A DNA stretch of 64,000 nt from Plasmodiophora brassicae. Lineage: Eukaryota. A model generated the notes under the pieces. It was given only the letters and a program-made list of their open reading frames with translations, searched no databases and was not told the DNA's origin. The stretch is from positions 372,001 through 436,000 of the forward strand of contig CP145427.1 in assembly GCA_036867785.1 (NCBI GenBank), written 5' to 3'. Positions within the stretch are counted from its first letter, which is position 1; every line of letters begins with the position of its first letter. This document shows positions 1 to 17,215 of the stretch, one piece after another. The position numbers and the translations under genes were made by a program.

Positions 1-4566
<4,566 letters not shown>

Positions 4567-4660
4567 CCAGCTGACATGGCCAACACACCCATTAATGAAC
4601 CGACTGGTTAATAGCTATTGGATCGGGTGTTTCGCAAGCCAATGTTCTATTATCACGCCC

Positions 4661-5791
4661 CTATTCCTGATAATGAGCCGGTCTCCAGAACGTTTCCCGC
4701 TGATCTCCGTCCAAGCACGGCCAGGTGTCAGACGTGCGACACTCCGAGGTGAACGCGAACTTCTCGGCTATCCTGGTGTGGTCGTTGACGGTGAAACAGG
4801 TGTCGTCCTGGTCCCCGGCGCCACGTATCAAGTTGTACCTGTACGTCCAGTGCACGCGGCCCCTGTTCTTCTTCTGCTCGCCCATCCACCCGAACAGGTC
4901 ACCTCCATCGTCTACATGCCGACGTCAGCCACACGCGGGACCGGACCGCAATTGGATAACCACCAATGAAGTCTGCCAGTGGTTGCCCGTCGAACCCATG
5001 AAGAATCACACCGTCGTTCCCTGATCCTGTCAATATGCACGACCAGTCGCCGGCGGCCCTGTTTGCCTAGTTTCAAGCTCGTGAGCCGAACTCGACACCG
5101 AGGATACACTCGTCGACGGCCGACCTTCACCACAACGTGAAGAATATGCGGGATCGCTCCAGGGCATAACCGGCTGCCTGGCTCCATCAGCATGAGGAAA
5201 TGAGCAGAGTCACCCGTCAGCGTTTCGAGAACGCTGCCGCGTCCTGTACGAGGCATTGTCATCGTGTGAGATTTGTGGCGCGTTGCCATAGGCCATATAC
5301 CATCTGCGAACCGTATCGCATCGTTCCCTTTGAACGACTTGCGAAGCGCTCCATCATCGTCGCGCGCGTCGACTGAAAGCATCCGAATCGGAATGGTTGC
5401 TTGTGAAAGGGTCGCCGCCTGACCTAAGATTCGGATTCGACCGCGCAGAGGATCCCATTCGGCATCGGCTGCAGGCAGTTGGGCAGCGATGTGGCCCATC
5501 TCCCTACTGGATCTCAGTACGATGAGCAGGAACGGCTTCTCATCTGAACGTTTGGAATCACAACATTGGACCGATTCAACGACGCCGACCGTGCATACTT
5601 GCAATGGCGTCGCGCTGTTCACGGGCTCGCTGCGAGATCACATCGGCGACCGAGCACAGCTGTGATGATGATCGCCGCGGATGATGCGGTTGACCGGGCT
5701 GTACGTGATGGCCAATAAATACGCCAGTCATCAGCGCAAGCGATGTCAGGATCGCAAGGATAAACGGCGTGGCAGCCGGTACGACCCGCAT
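4661..5791 (-). CDS. Hypothetical type II membrane protein, possibly glycosyltransferase-like
   Basis: N-terminal anchor (FILAILTSLALMTGVFIG) followed by several short exons joined by GT-AG introns. HFLMLMEPGSRLC only loosely resembles GT-A acidic motifs. Confidence 0.45.
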
Positions 5792-6079
5792 CGTTGTGAC
5801 TCCTGACAGTAGCGCAGCAGCCTTCTCAGCAGCCCTAATTGTGACGGTGACGATCGCCCTGCTGAGCGTCGCTCGGACGGCGGGGAATCCAGTGCAAATG
5901 TGGGAACCGGCCGAATAGGGACAATTAAGTAGCATAGCGACAAGCCCACGGCGCTGAGCGCCGACCATCAGCCATCTATGTATAGGGAGAGCAGGTCAGA
6001 TCGACACTAAACAACTTGGACACTGAACACCGGTTATATGTAATTATCTGAAAATTGCAAAGAATGCGAAGCGTGTGGA

Positions 6080-9000
6080 TCAGAGCTCAGAGCGGTGATC
6101 AGGAGGCTCCCCTTCGACAGTGTTGGCGTCGTGCGTGATTTCGCTGGCAGGCTCTCCCGCAGGTTGCGGTTCACCAGACGCTGCAGCTCCCAGACGCTTC
6201 ATTATGCCCTGCCGATGGATGGTCAACATGGCGGATTTGTTCGCAGGTACGGGTCCGGAGCAGCCGTACCTTCTTGAGGTCGATCAGAGCGGGTCTTAAC
6301 TCGGAATCCTATCATCACACGGCAACCGTTATCCAGTTTGTCTCAACAGAAGAAGATCCGCAGTTACATCGTCCTCCAGGATCTGCGAGATCACATCGTC
6401 CAGATGTCGAATGACGCCAGGTAATACCGAGATCGCACATCGCTGCATGAACGGATGAAGTAGTGACAGAAACTTACTTGTTGCTTGACCCATGACGACA
6501 TGGTCGATACCGGCAATCAGTATTCGATCGAACTGAGCATCCGGCGTGGCCGTCAGGCCATAAGACAGAGAGAGACGTTTTGCCATCATCTGCCGCGGAG
6601 GTTGATCAATATGAAACGAATGTCTTCCGGATTCCAAGGGTTGTACCAAAGCTTGTTTGTCACGTCCGTCTTCGAAAGATGATTCTAGGGCTTCCACGAT
6701 AGCCTGTTTGTAGAAACGTTGATATAAAGCTTGATGAAGAAGACGATATCAAACCTGGGCCAGGGACTGAGGACGTTTCCCCCGCAGGAAAGTGACCATC
6801 GCTTTGATGATGCCGCTGATGTCATTGATGACATTTTCATCCCCTGCGCTGTCGTTGACGTATAGCTGGCAGAGCAGAGTGCTTGCAATTTCGACATGCT
6901 GTGGGCAGAAGCTGCACACAAGCAGAGCCTGATAGGTATCAGAGGCTTGATGGGAACTGAACAACCGGTACTGTCTTACAGCGGATTTGACAATCTCTTC
7001 AGAGCCGGGATGTTGCGCAATAACGTCGTATAATTGATGAAACAGGTCATCCGTTAGCCAGTGGCGAATGCTGGGTTTTCCCAACGACGCAGCACTCAAG
7101 TCTGCTGCAATGGCGCATAGGAGCTCCGGGGTCACTCCGTCTTCAGCATTGCTTGGAAACGTGTCGCAGATCCGGAATAACGATGAGAGGCATTCCAAAA
7201 CAACTGAAAAGCGGTTATGCGTTGTCTCTAGCCCGTGGTCGCCTGCCTCCTCTATCCGCATATTAAAGCATATCTCCTAAAATAATGGGCAGCTGTTTGT
7301 CACCTGATAGCTTGGCAAACTTCCACAAGATGCAGGCATGTGCAACTTTGAGCAAACTGGCGACTGTGACACTATCGATAATGTCAACGTCCTCGTGATC
7401 AGCGCTTAGATCTGTTACGCAGCGTTGTAAGGCACTGTCAAACACCTGGGATTCCAGGAGAGCATCGCATTGCGCTTGCTGTGCCAGACAGTGTGTGCGA
7501 GCGTAGCATGCTGAACGCTGTAGTCTCGCATCATCACTATCGTCAACCTGAAACTTGCACTATCATTAACCGTATTCAAAGCCCGTTTCTACACAGCTTA
7601 CAGAATGCGCCTGGGCTGACTGGATGAGCTGTACCGATATCTCTTCAAGAGCTCTCTCAGCGTCTGGACTTCGCGCAGATAGCATAGATAGGGCATTTGC
7701 CAATGGACGAAGGCGCGACGGGGACGTCTCCCGATTAAACGCAGCAACCAAGACGGAAGTCAGGCACGACGGAATGGTAACCATCTCATCAGCGGGACCT
7801 CCAAGAAGGAAATCACATAAAGCAATGATAACCGTCTAGAAAGGAAAATCAGATGGAGTGGAGATGAGAAGGATGGAGGGGGACACTGACGCTTTCAGCT
7901 TGAAACATCGTCACGAGCTCGGTAAAATCAGGGTCGCACCGTAGATTGGAAAATGAGGCAGCTGCAGCTGATTGCATCTCCGTTTGAGCTCTGGTTAGCC
8001 GAGTCTGCGAGAAACCAAGGATATGGTCCTGGAACCATAAGGTCAACGGGGGAGCATACTGGAAGTGGACAAATGGGTGCGCGGTACCAGGCCGGTCGCA
8101 GCCATTTGGGAACACGCGACAAGTAGCTGTGATATGAATGCAGATCGCAGCGAGGCGTTCTAAACGCTGACGTCAGCTTCATGGGAGACAAGCAGTACCA
8201 ACAACGTACTTCTTCGGTCTGAGTTTCAGGACTTTTGCGCAACGTTGCTACGATAGCACTGGCGTCACGAAGGCACTTCACCTTGTAGAAGAACAGATCG
8301 ACCAAACAAGCAACGCTAACATCGAACTGAACCGACGGCGGGCGCCCCTCGATGTAGCTAACTCCAGGTTTGAGAACGAACTATCGTTGGTAGTCATGTC
8401 TTACATAGTGAAAAGTTGCTCGATGTCTTCCAGCATATCCGAGTTTTCCGAGGCGCTGGTACTGAAGGAATCCTCAAAGATGTACCTTGCGGCAGCTTCT
8501 CGAATCGCCCGGTTCTTGTCCCACAAAAGTGGTGACACCTGACAGTGACCCACACATGAGGCGCAGCGACTATCTATATACCACAAAGAGTGTAAACCTC
8601 GCCAAAGACCTCCACATCGGTCAAGACATCATCTTGAACGAGGATTGCAGTGCATGTATCGATCGCGCTAGCTGCAACCTGAACCAGCGTCAGTATAGTG
8701 CTGAAAAAAGGGGCTCGACGGTGTACTTACATGCGGGTCAATATCGTTATGCATTTCAATTATTCGTTTGATAAAACGATTGAGGAAGGATTCCATTTTC
8801 GGGCGAACAGCATCCGATCGGACGAGGCAAGCAATGGAGCGAACAGCGCAGCCTCGAACCTGGGGCAAAGTGAGTGCGTTTTCGTTGAGACGATGCCTTG
8901 ACAGTACCGAAGCCTGGGAGCTGTTAAGTGCCCAACCCAAATATTTGAAGCTGTCAACAGTCGCAAATGGTGGGTAGTGGAGGATCCACTGTGTCACCGT

Positions 9001-10391
9001 TTCAATGCTTGTCTCGCGAACAGCGGGGTGTACATCACGGTAGCGCGCGACAAACACACTGAAACCAATCCATGATAAGAATGCCAACCGAATCCACTAC
9101 CGCTCGTGGTCTTACTCTTGATATATCGACAGAATGAGCTCATGCAAATGTGTAAGTTGGGACTGGTATTCGGCGCAATCAGATTTCAGCTGTTGCTGCT
9201 GTCGCTTGTTCCGGGATCCGGCTCCAGACATAGCCTTCTCTGCTGCACCGAGGTCCGACTAGAGAACACTGTGAGCCAATAGCGACTAACATACACCTGC
9301 AGCGCAGTGCAACCTTGATCTGCCCATGGGCTGTTATCAACGCGTCACCGATCGCAAACGCGAAGCAGCACGCTGTCAGGCGGAATGTCCTGCATCGTTA
9401 CGAATTACAAACTGTTGGGGTCTCACATGCAGCGAACAATACACCTCAGGCCGTTACGTGAAACTGCAACTACCCATTCGAGAACACGATTCAGGACATC
9501 GCTTTCGAATACAGCGTCAGGAAGAAGAACCGTTATCCAAGCGTACACGAACTGTCTCATGCGGGCTTCAAACTTCTTTGCAGCTCCCTACCAGGTGCAC
9601 TCTAAGATGCAAACAGCGATATGAACCTACAAATGCCAACCTTGCTAGGATTTGACACTCCAAAGTGCGCCCCGTGGGTTTTAGCAGACTGCTCAAACGG
9701 CTTCATCAGAGACGATTCCGTTAAATCGGAATTGAGGATGTCAGCCGGGACACGTTTGCGGCTTCCGCAGCACTAGCCGTTACACCCACCGTTACCGTTG
9801 CAGAATCCACACAGCAAAAGTCCACCAACATTGAGCAGTAGTGACACGATCGATGCAACTGCGAGTTCAGTATCATGGTCAAACAGCGCTTTCCAGGACG
9901 CCGCCGCTTCTTTCATAGACCGAGCCTTTGACGTGCTGTCCAGCAGTACGTCTACGAGCAATTTCACTCAAATTGCGCCACCTCGAGATAGACCACGCCA
10001 TACCAATGAGTTTAAGCTGGCCATCATCTTCATCAGTGTCTTCACTGATGAACTCGTCCGGTTGAACGGGGCGCACATTACGCCTGCTCGGGGTGTTCCG
10101 CATGGATTTCGATCGCGACTGCGATCGCACACTGGATGGCGTCACGCTACCCTTCTTCTTGCTCGGCGTTTTCATCCGCTTCGGCACCGGTTCTTCTTCG
10201 TCGTCGTCGTCCGTCGCCACATCCGACAGCGTATCGTCGTCGGTGCCCTCGCCGGGAAGATCCACCCTGGTCCACGAATCAGCACCGGAACCAGCACGCA
10301 GCACCCCGACACCGCCTGACATTGATGCCGGGTGGCGTTCCACTCGGATCCGCGAGCTTCGACGCCGCGGCGTCGTCATCCCCGACGACAT
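6080..10391 (-). CDS. SCC3: Cohesin subunit SCC3/STAG (stromal antigen), multi-exon
   Basis: Stromalin conserved domain VFVARYRDVHPAVRETSIETVTQWILHYP...FKYLGWALN, then RFIKRIIEMHNDID. Acidic/basic disordered N-terminus and HEAT-like body. Confidence 0.9.
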
Positions 10392-10682
10392 GCCCGCGCC
10401 ACACCCAGATACCAAAATGAAATGCAACGGCGAACTGCACCGCGAGCACGACGGCCACCTCCTCAAAACTTCCCAGTCCAACCGCCGCCAAAAAAACGCG
10501 GTGTGGGTGGGCTTTCCGGGGCGCGGACGGCTGGCCCGAACTGCCATGTGGGGTCGTGACTGGGCAGTAGGTAGTTCACTGTCGACCCTCGACAGTGTCG
10601 AGTCGATTGCAGACAATGCACAGGGGGCACGTGTCTGTGTGTCATTTTGGAATTGGGACGTGATCGTCTGCATCACTTGCCC

Positions 10683-10710
10683 TGTGTGAGTGTGTGTGAG
10701 TGTGAGTGTG
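10683..10710. repeat. (GT/GA)n microsatellite in the divergent promoter between SCC3 and the cNMP-binding gene
   Basis: tgtgtgagtgtgtgtgagtgtgagtgtg seen directly. Confidence 0.7.
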
Positions 10711-10802
10711 ACTGGAGGTCGTCGGGGCGGGAGTCAGCGCGCGCTGTGGCCGCTGTTGGCGCGACGTTCTCCTGGCGGGGCGGCGTTCGGGGCCCATCGA
10801 CC

Positions 10803-13800
10803 ATGGGCGCGCTGCTGTCCAAGAAGAACAATGCCGGTGAGTCGGAGTGCATTCCCCGGGGCAGCTCGGCGCGGTCGGTTACGAGCATGCGCGGGAGCAT
10901 CCTGTAAGCAGGGATCGACGGCATCGGCCCGATCCGGCGACGAGTAACATTATTATGGCAGGAGGCATTCCCAGTCGTTCGACACGATCAACACGTCAGC
11001 GGAGATCCCTTTCTTCGATCAGTTCGGACCCGAACACGCGAAGAAGATGAAGAAGCTGTTCGTGCGAACGGTGCTGCATCACACGCCACTGCCGTTTTCG
11101 CTGAACCCAAACTAATACTGTGTGAAGACCTTCAAGAAAGGTACCGTCATTGCCGAACAAGGCGTCGAAAACGACTCCCTTTACGGTCTCTTCATTATCG
11201 TCAGCGGCGATGTATGTCTGCGTATCACGTTAGGCCTTGTAATATCATGTAAAGCTCCTCAACAGGTTCGTGTCCTTGCCAAGGACCCGGAGACCAGTCG
11301 CCTTGTCTCCCTGAAAGTCCTGTCGAAAGGGCAGTGGTTTGGCGTGGCGCGACTTCCTCAGGGGGTACTTATGCCCATCACCGCTGAAGCAGCTACTGAC
11401 GCGACCATGTACGGCCGCCTGTGCTTTGCGGAACAATTCAGCTCAGCAACGTGATCAGGCTTGTGTTGCCTGTAGCGGCGCTCAAGGAATTGGAGAAGTC
11501 CAACCCGGACATGGCTCTATCAATTACCGCTGGGAACAAGGTTGTACCATTCGACGGTCGTTCCCTTCAATTACTGACCTATTCCCAGACCGTTTCGCTG
11601 TCTACGATTCCATTCTTTGAGGGAATAGACATCCCAACATTGCATCAAATGGCTTCCCTCTTTGAGTACAGGAAGTACAAGGTGGGTCCTCGCTGACCTG
11701 TCATGATCCAGAACTGACTTACGATGCGAAGGCGAACCGTTATCTCTATCGACAAGGTGATCCAGCCAACGGTATCTATATTGTTGTTTCGGGTACGCCG
11801 TCAGTATCGTTCTCTCTTTCCAGGCTCTGAATCTCCCATAGGTACTGTCGCAATGGTTGCGACTCGCCAGGACGGTACCGAGACGCTGTTGTCTCTGATA
11901 TCGAAACCGGAGTACTTTGGGGAACTTGCCCTGTTCACGGCTGACCCCATGGATGTCCAAAACAACCCGGGCCGACGAACCGTATCGATTCGCACCATGT
12001 GCGAAACTGAGCTCCTTTACCTGTCCAGCCAGGATTTTGCAAAGTAGAACGCCATGAACGGACCTGGCAGAACGAAGCTGACTGTTCACCAGGTTCATTA
12101 CCGTTGCGCCACACGTTGTGCACTCCGAAGCATTCAAGGGATCACTTCAAAAGCGCACCGCAGAGTCCTTGAAAGCCATCCCGTTCTTTTCGGATTACGA
12201 GACGAAACAGGTCGGACCACTGATGAAGTTCGACGAAGACGCGCTATCAATTCTGGGCGAGCTCTTCGAATACGTACATTACCCCGACAAGTACTGTGTC
12301 TTCACGCAGGGAAGCACTGGTACGAGGGGGGGCGCCTGGCTGTTGCCGTTTCCCTTTTGATCCGTGTCGGCAGGTGACGCGTTCTATCTTATTGTCGCGG
12401 GAAGTGTGGAAGTTACGTCTGTGTCGGCGCATGATACGATTGCCACATTGGCGACGCTTACCGAAGGCGACTGGTTTGGGGAAATCTCTTTGATCATGGA
12501 CACAAAGAGGACTGCTACTGTCACCACTTTAGAACCGAGTGTCTTCCTTAAGCTAACGAAAGAGAGGTTTCAGAAGGTATGGTGATCTACGACATGGGAA
12601 CCGGCTAGTCCAAATCGCCTGAACCTTGTAGGTCATGGCCATTGCCCCGCACCTCGCGAGACGTATTCGGCAGCGACTTGTGGGCCGCGCATGTCGCCGA
12701 CCTTGTAGCCAATCTGACGTTTGCTCAGCATATGCGAACCTCGGAATGGTTGAAAAACCTTCCGTTCTTCTCGGGTATCAAGGAAAACAAACCGGTTAGT
12801 ATATCCCCGTTGCCGTTGCCTGGTCAGGCACCGATATACCGTTTTCCAGTGGTCGAAGCTGGGACTACTTGGTAGCCAGTTCAAGTTCCGGGAGTGTGTC
12901 ACTGGCGAAGTCGTGTGCCAGCAAGGACAGCGCGACGATCGAACCTTCTACCTCATTGTGCTCGGCAAGGTTCGGGTCACCATCTTGGATGACGGGAAGC
13001 CAGTCGAACTGGATACTCTGGGAGAGTGCCAATGGTAGGTCCTGCGCCGTTGCGAATTCGTTCGTTCATACCGTCGCATCAGGTTTGGCGAGATTGCCCT
13101 GCTCAATGATACACCCCGAACCGCCACCGTGACGTGCGTTGAGCCCACGCTCCTCTGTTACCTCACGCTGGCCTGCTTCGAGAAGTAAGTTTCGGTTCAT
13201 GTGTGCCTTCTATGTTGCTTTGTCCTTAGGCAACGTTCTTCAATTAGGTTTATGGATATCGCCCCTGAACTACGACAAACAATGTCGTGCTTGGTTGCCC
13301 AGCGCACAAGCAATACGCTGCGATCTACCTTCCCGCTCTTTAAGAATATCAAAGAGAACCGACCTGTAGGGCGCTACTACTCTGGTTTCTCGGTTCGCCA
13401 TGTAAAACTGACCTGCACACCTCAGTGGTCCAAGCTCGCCGTCCTCGCATCATTGATGACCTACCAGAATGTCGACCATGACGTTGACATCATACGTCAA
13501 GGTGACCCCGGCCGGTCTCTGTACTTCATCCTAAAGGGTGGCGTCATAATCACGATCAAGCATCCGGAAAAGGGGTTCGAAATCGTCCTGGATACGCTGA
13601 CGGGTACAGAAGCTGCTGTTCTTTGGTTTCGTCCGCTTGACGGGGGCACGGACTGGTGTAGAGGGTGACCTGTTCGGGGAAGTCGCGTTGCTGAAGAACG
13701 TCGACCGTGGAGCGACCGAGAGCGTGTGTACAGCGACGGTCCGCAGCATCGACGATTGTACACTACGTACGCTGATGGATGGTCGCTGATCTGTCTTCTG

Positions 13801-14129
13801 CGCCTTATTCGCCTGCGCAGTGGTGCTGTCACTCGAGTGCTTCCGAAACTTCCTTTCGATGTCCCGGGAGTTGCTGCCTGAGATCGAGAACCTCGCGAAG
13901 GTTCGGGAAGAGCGGGTGCTGAACGCGCTGAAGTCGACAACCGTGCCGTCGGGCCATCAGCTGCAAAAGACGGACAGCAGCGCAACAGTAGGGCCATGAA
14001 TCGCTGCAACGGTTATTCGTTCTGCCCACGCGTGATCGACGTGGTGTGCAGGCTGATTCGTCACACACGACGACGAAGGCGGCGAGCATTGCAGACGACG
14101 ACATTCTGTCCAAACCGGACCATATATGA
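10803..14129 (+). CDS. Multi cyclic-nucleotide-binding-domain protein (about 5 CNB domains), probable N-myristoylation
   Basis: Starts MGALLSKK. Repeated cassettes EYFGELALF, DWFGEISLIMDTKRTATV, FGEIALLNDTPRTATV and DLFGEVALL. No kinase, channel or GEF domain recognised. Confidence 0.88.
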
Positions 14130-14272
14130 CGGATAATGCATTAGTCAATAATGTGCCTTCATGTCGCTTCGTTTGGGGCGCGCGCGACTTTATGGCCGTA
14201 CGGGAACGCCGATCGAGGGAACGGATCGTGTTCGATCCAGCAGACCCTAAACGTGCTTCGTATAATCTGCGT

Positions 14273-15779
14273 TCAAGCCAAGATGGGGTCTCCCTCGATG
14301 TTCAACGACCGGCCCAGGTCCCGTAGCTCATCGGTGAACCGGGCAATGAACGTCGCCGGCTGGGCGATCATGTCAGGTTCGGCGGCGACGCACACGGAAT
14401 ACGCGCCATCGTAGCTGACGATGGAGACCTGCGGCCGCGAGTTCGCAATCGGGATGTGCATCGCCGTCATCCTGCACCCGTCGAGGTACACAGGGAACTG
14501 CGGCCCGGGCACGTTCGTGAAGAACATCGAGTGCGCGTCCACCAGCGCGGCGCAGGCGGCCGTCTGCGCTCGCACCGGCAGGACGCTCGACAGCATCGCC
14601 TGCAGCGCGTTCGTCACCACGGCCTCGTTCGTGGCCTTCATCCGGGCCAGCCTGGCGTGCATGCGCCGCAGGCGTTCCACCGGGTCCGACTCGTCGACGG
14701 TCAGCTCGGTCGACACCAGACAGAACAGGTTGCCCAGGTCCTGGTCGACAGGACGAGGCGTCGCCACCGGGATCATCGCCCTGATCCGCCCGGCACTGGC
14801 ACCCTGGTCGAACTCGCGCAGATACCTCGCAACAGCGCCCGACAGCGCGCTGGCGAGCACGTCGTTGACGGTGACGCCGGGACCCGCCGCCGCCTTGATC
14901 GTCTTCACGAACGCGAGCGACAGTCGCGGCGACATCGCCACGACTTTCGCCGGCGACCATTCCAGACGGGGACGACGGTGACCGCGTCGTTGCCTGTCCA
15001 GGTCGCGCGCTCTCGTGTTGACGATCGTTGCCGTATCGCGGCGCAGGGACGCGACCAGGACGCTGAAGACGGCGGGGATCGATAGGCGAATCGACGATGG
15101 CGCCGGCGACGTCGACTTCGCGGAGCGGAACTCGATCGGTCGCCCGTCAGCGTCGGTCAGCAGCGCGGCGAACAGGTGCATGAGGGACAGGCCGTCACCG
15201 ACGAGGTGGTGCACACGGGCGAGAATCGCGTGCTGTCCGGACTGCGTCGCAAAAAAACACCGACCCACGTCAGCGATGTCGCATGCGGAGTGCCGAAACG
15301 GTTGCACGGACGCGGTTGGTGATGCAGAATAGGCGCCAGAGCGGGCGGCAGGCGTCCAGGGCGACGCTGGCTTGCTGCTCGACGAACCTGGCCAGCTCGG
15401 CGTCGTCCTGGACGGTCAGCGATTCGACGTGGTCGCCGATGTTGAAGGTGACCGGCTCCAGGCCGCCGTCCGCGCATGGACGACTGACGAACCGCCGGAA
15501 CTGGTCGCAAGGGACGATCCGCTGGCGGATGACGTCGGCGACGCGGGACGGGTGCGGCAGGGTTTCGAATCGCAGCAGGCCCTGGATGACGACGGTCGCA
15601 TCCCAGGTGCCGAACATGCCCAGGCGGAGCATCTCCGACATGAGCGACAGCCGGCGGCGGCGACGCTGTCGCAGGTACCGAACCAGAAGCAGGCCGAGGA
15701 GCAGCGAGGCCACGAAACTGGGCCGCGCCCAGCGACGTTGTTGCTTGATCCATGCTCGGATCGTGGTGCGGTCTGCCAT
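14273..15779 (-). CDS. Wax ester synthase/diacylglycerol acyltransferase (WS/DGAT, WSD1-like)
   Basis: Catalytic HHxxxDG (RVHHLVGDG), RPLWRLF, TVNDVL, LGNLF and FFTNVPGP motifs. One intron near 15250-15310. Confidence 0.93.
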
Positions 15780-16225
15780 TAACTCGTTGAACAGCGGTCT
15801 CTGGTTGGCATGGGCGGCGACGTCAGTCACAGACCCATTGCGATCGGGTCTGGGTTTCCCCACTCGGAGCCTCCTTGGGGGAAAGGAGGCCAGAGTCAAG
15901 TCGCCGTCGAAGGAAGTGGCATCTGGAGACCATGCGTCGGGCCCATTTCTCAAACAGCTGTTGCAGCGGCTTCTTGTTTGTCATTGCCCATCGTGCGGCG
16001 CCTAACTTCGGCGCGTCAGTCTCGCAACACGTCCCGGAAGCCGTCTGAAACAAACGGATGTCAGTAAAGCGCCATCATTGTGGCCAACTGTTTCCAGGCC
16101 GATTTGTACTGCTGCAGGGCGGAGCAACACGAAACGCTTGCTTTCCGTACGTGCCGCGCTAGTACTGGTTGGTTGGGAAACCGAGTGTTTATGCAGATGA
16201 CAATGGTGTGAAGCGAACGTGCGCT

Positions 16226-16965
16226 CTAGTGGCACGATGAACGCTGGACGTTCTGCGGGGTGTCGCTCGTGCTGAACACGAAAAAGCCGACGCCGGCACC
16301 AACCACCTACAGTAAACACGATCAGGACGTGCTACTACTGATGGTGCGTTCCCGTCCACCGACCAACGCAATCGCCAGCCCCCACTCGAACAACATGAAG
16401 ACGAGCATCAGCATCAGCGAGGAGAACACGCGTAGCGTGTGCAACGCTGCACGAAGCAATTGCTGGCTTGCGGTGTACTTCGACGCTTTAGTGCCCGACT
16501 GCATGCGACGGTCACAAACCTAGACAGATCGCACGAGACGGCGTCAAATGCGGGCAAACTTGCAGGGCACGACAGTTACCTGCTGGACATTAAGCAGACC
16601 TTCGTACAGGAATGCCAGAATAAAGATGACGATCATGCTGACGATATACTCTGGATGGGCGATATTCAACGGGGAGCGGGTGACAGGCAACGCCGATGCG
16701 ATGCCGAACCGGTGGTCGTTTTGACGGTCCAGAACGGGAACAGGACACCGATCGGGGTTTTCCCATCCCAGACATGGAACGTGCCGCAGCCGCCGCCGTG
16801 CCCGGGGTCGGGCCCCACCGGCTGGACGCCCTGCTGCTGAACCGGGGCGCCGCCGCCATCCGCCGCCGGGCGCGAGCGCGGGCACGGGCATGCGGGCGAC
16901 ACGCCGATCGCCAGGCACGCGACCAGCACGGCGACAACGGCGACGCGCAGTTGGGACGACGCCAT
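16226..16965 (-). CDS. Ctr/SLC31 copper transporter
   Basis: VLFPFWTVKT, TM1 YIVSMIVIFILAFLYEGL, TM2 MxxxM (LMLMLVFM), TM3 GxxxG (VVGAGVGFF) and C-terminal CH. N-terminal signal peptide and three introns. Confidence 0.88.
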
Positions 16966-17215
16966 GCCAACGGTGCCGATCCCCCCGACGCAATTTGCAA
17001 ACTGATGAGGGGGAGAGAGTCCGCCACGGGCGCGTCTGCCCCGGCGGCAGTTTTGGGTGGCCACCGGCGCGCGACTTGCATCACATAAAGTGCGCGACTG
17101 CAGCACAAACATGCGGACAGCGGCGGGGGCGTTTTTGGCGCCCGCACGGATCGCATCACAACTTGCGCGACTGCGGGACGACGGAAGTGCGCCAGTGTGG
17201 GCCGGGCGGCGACGT

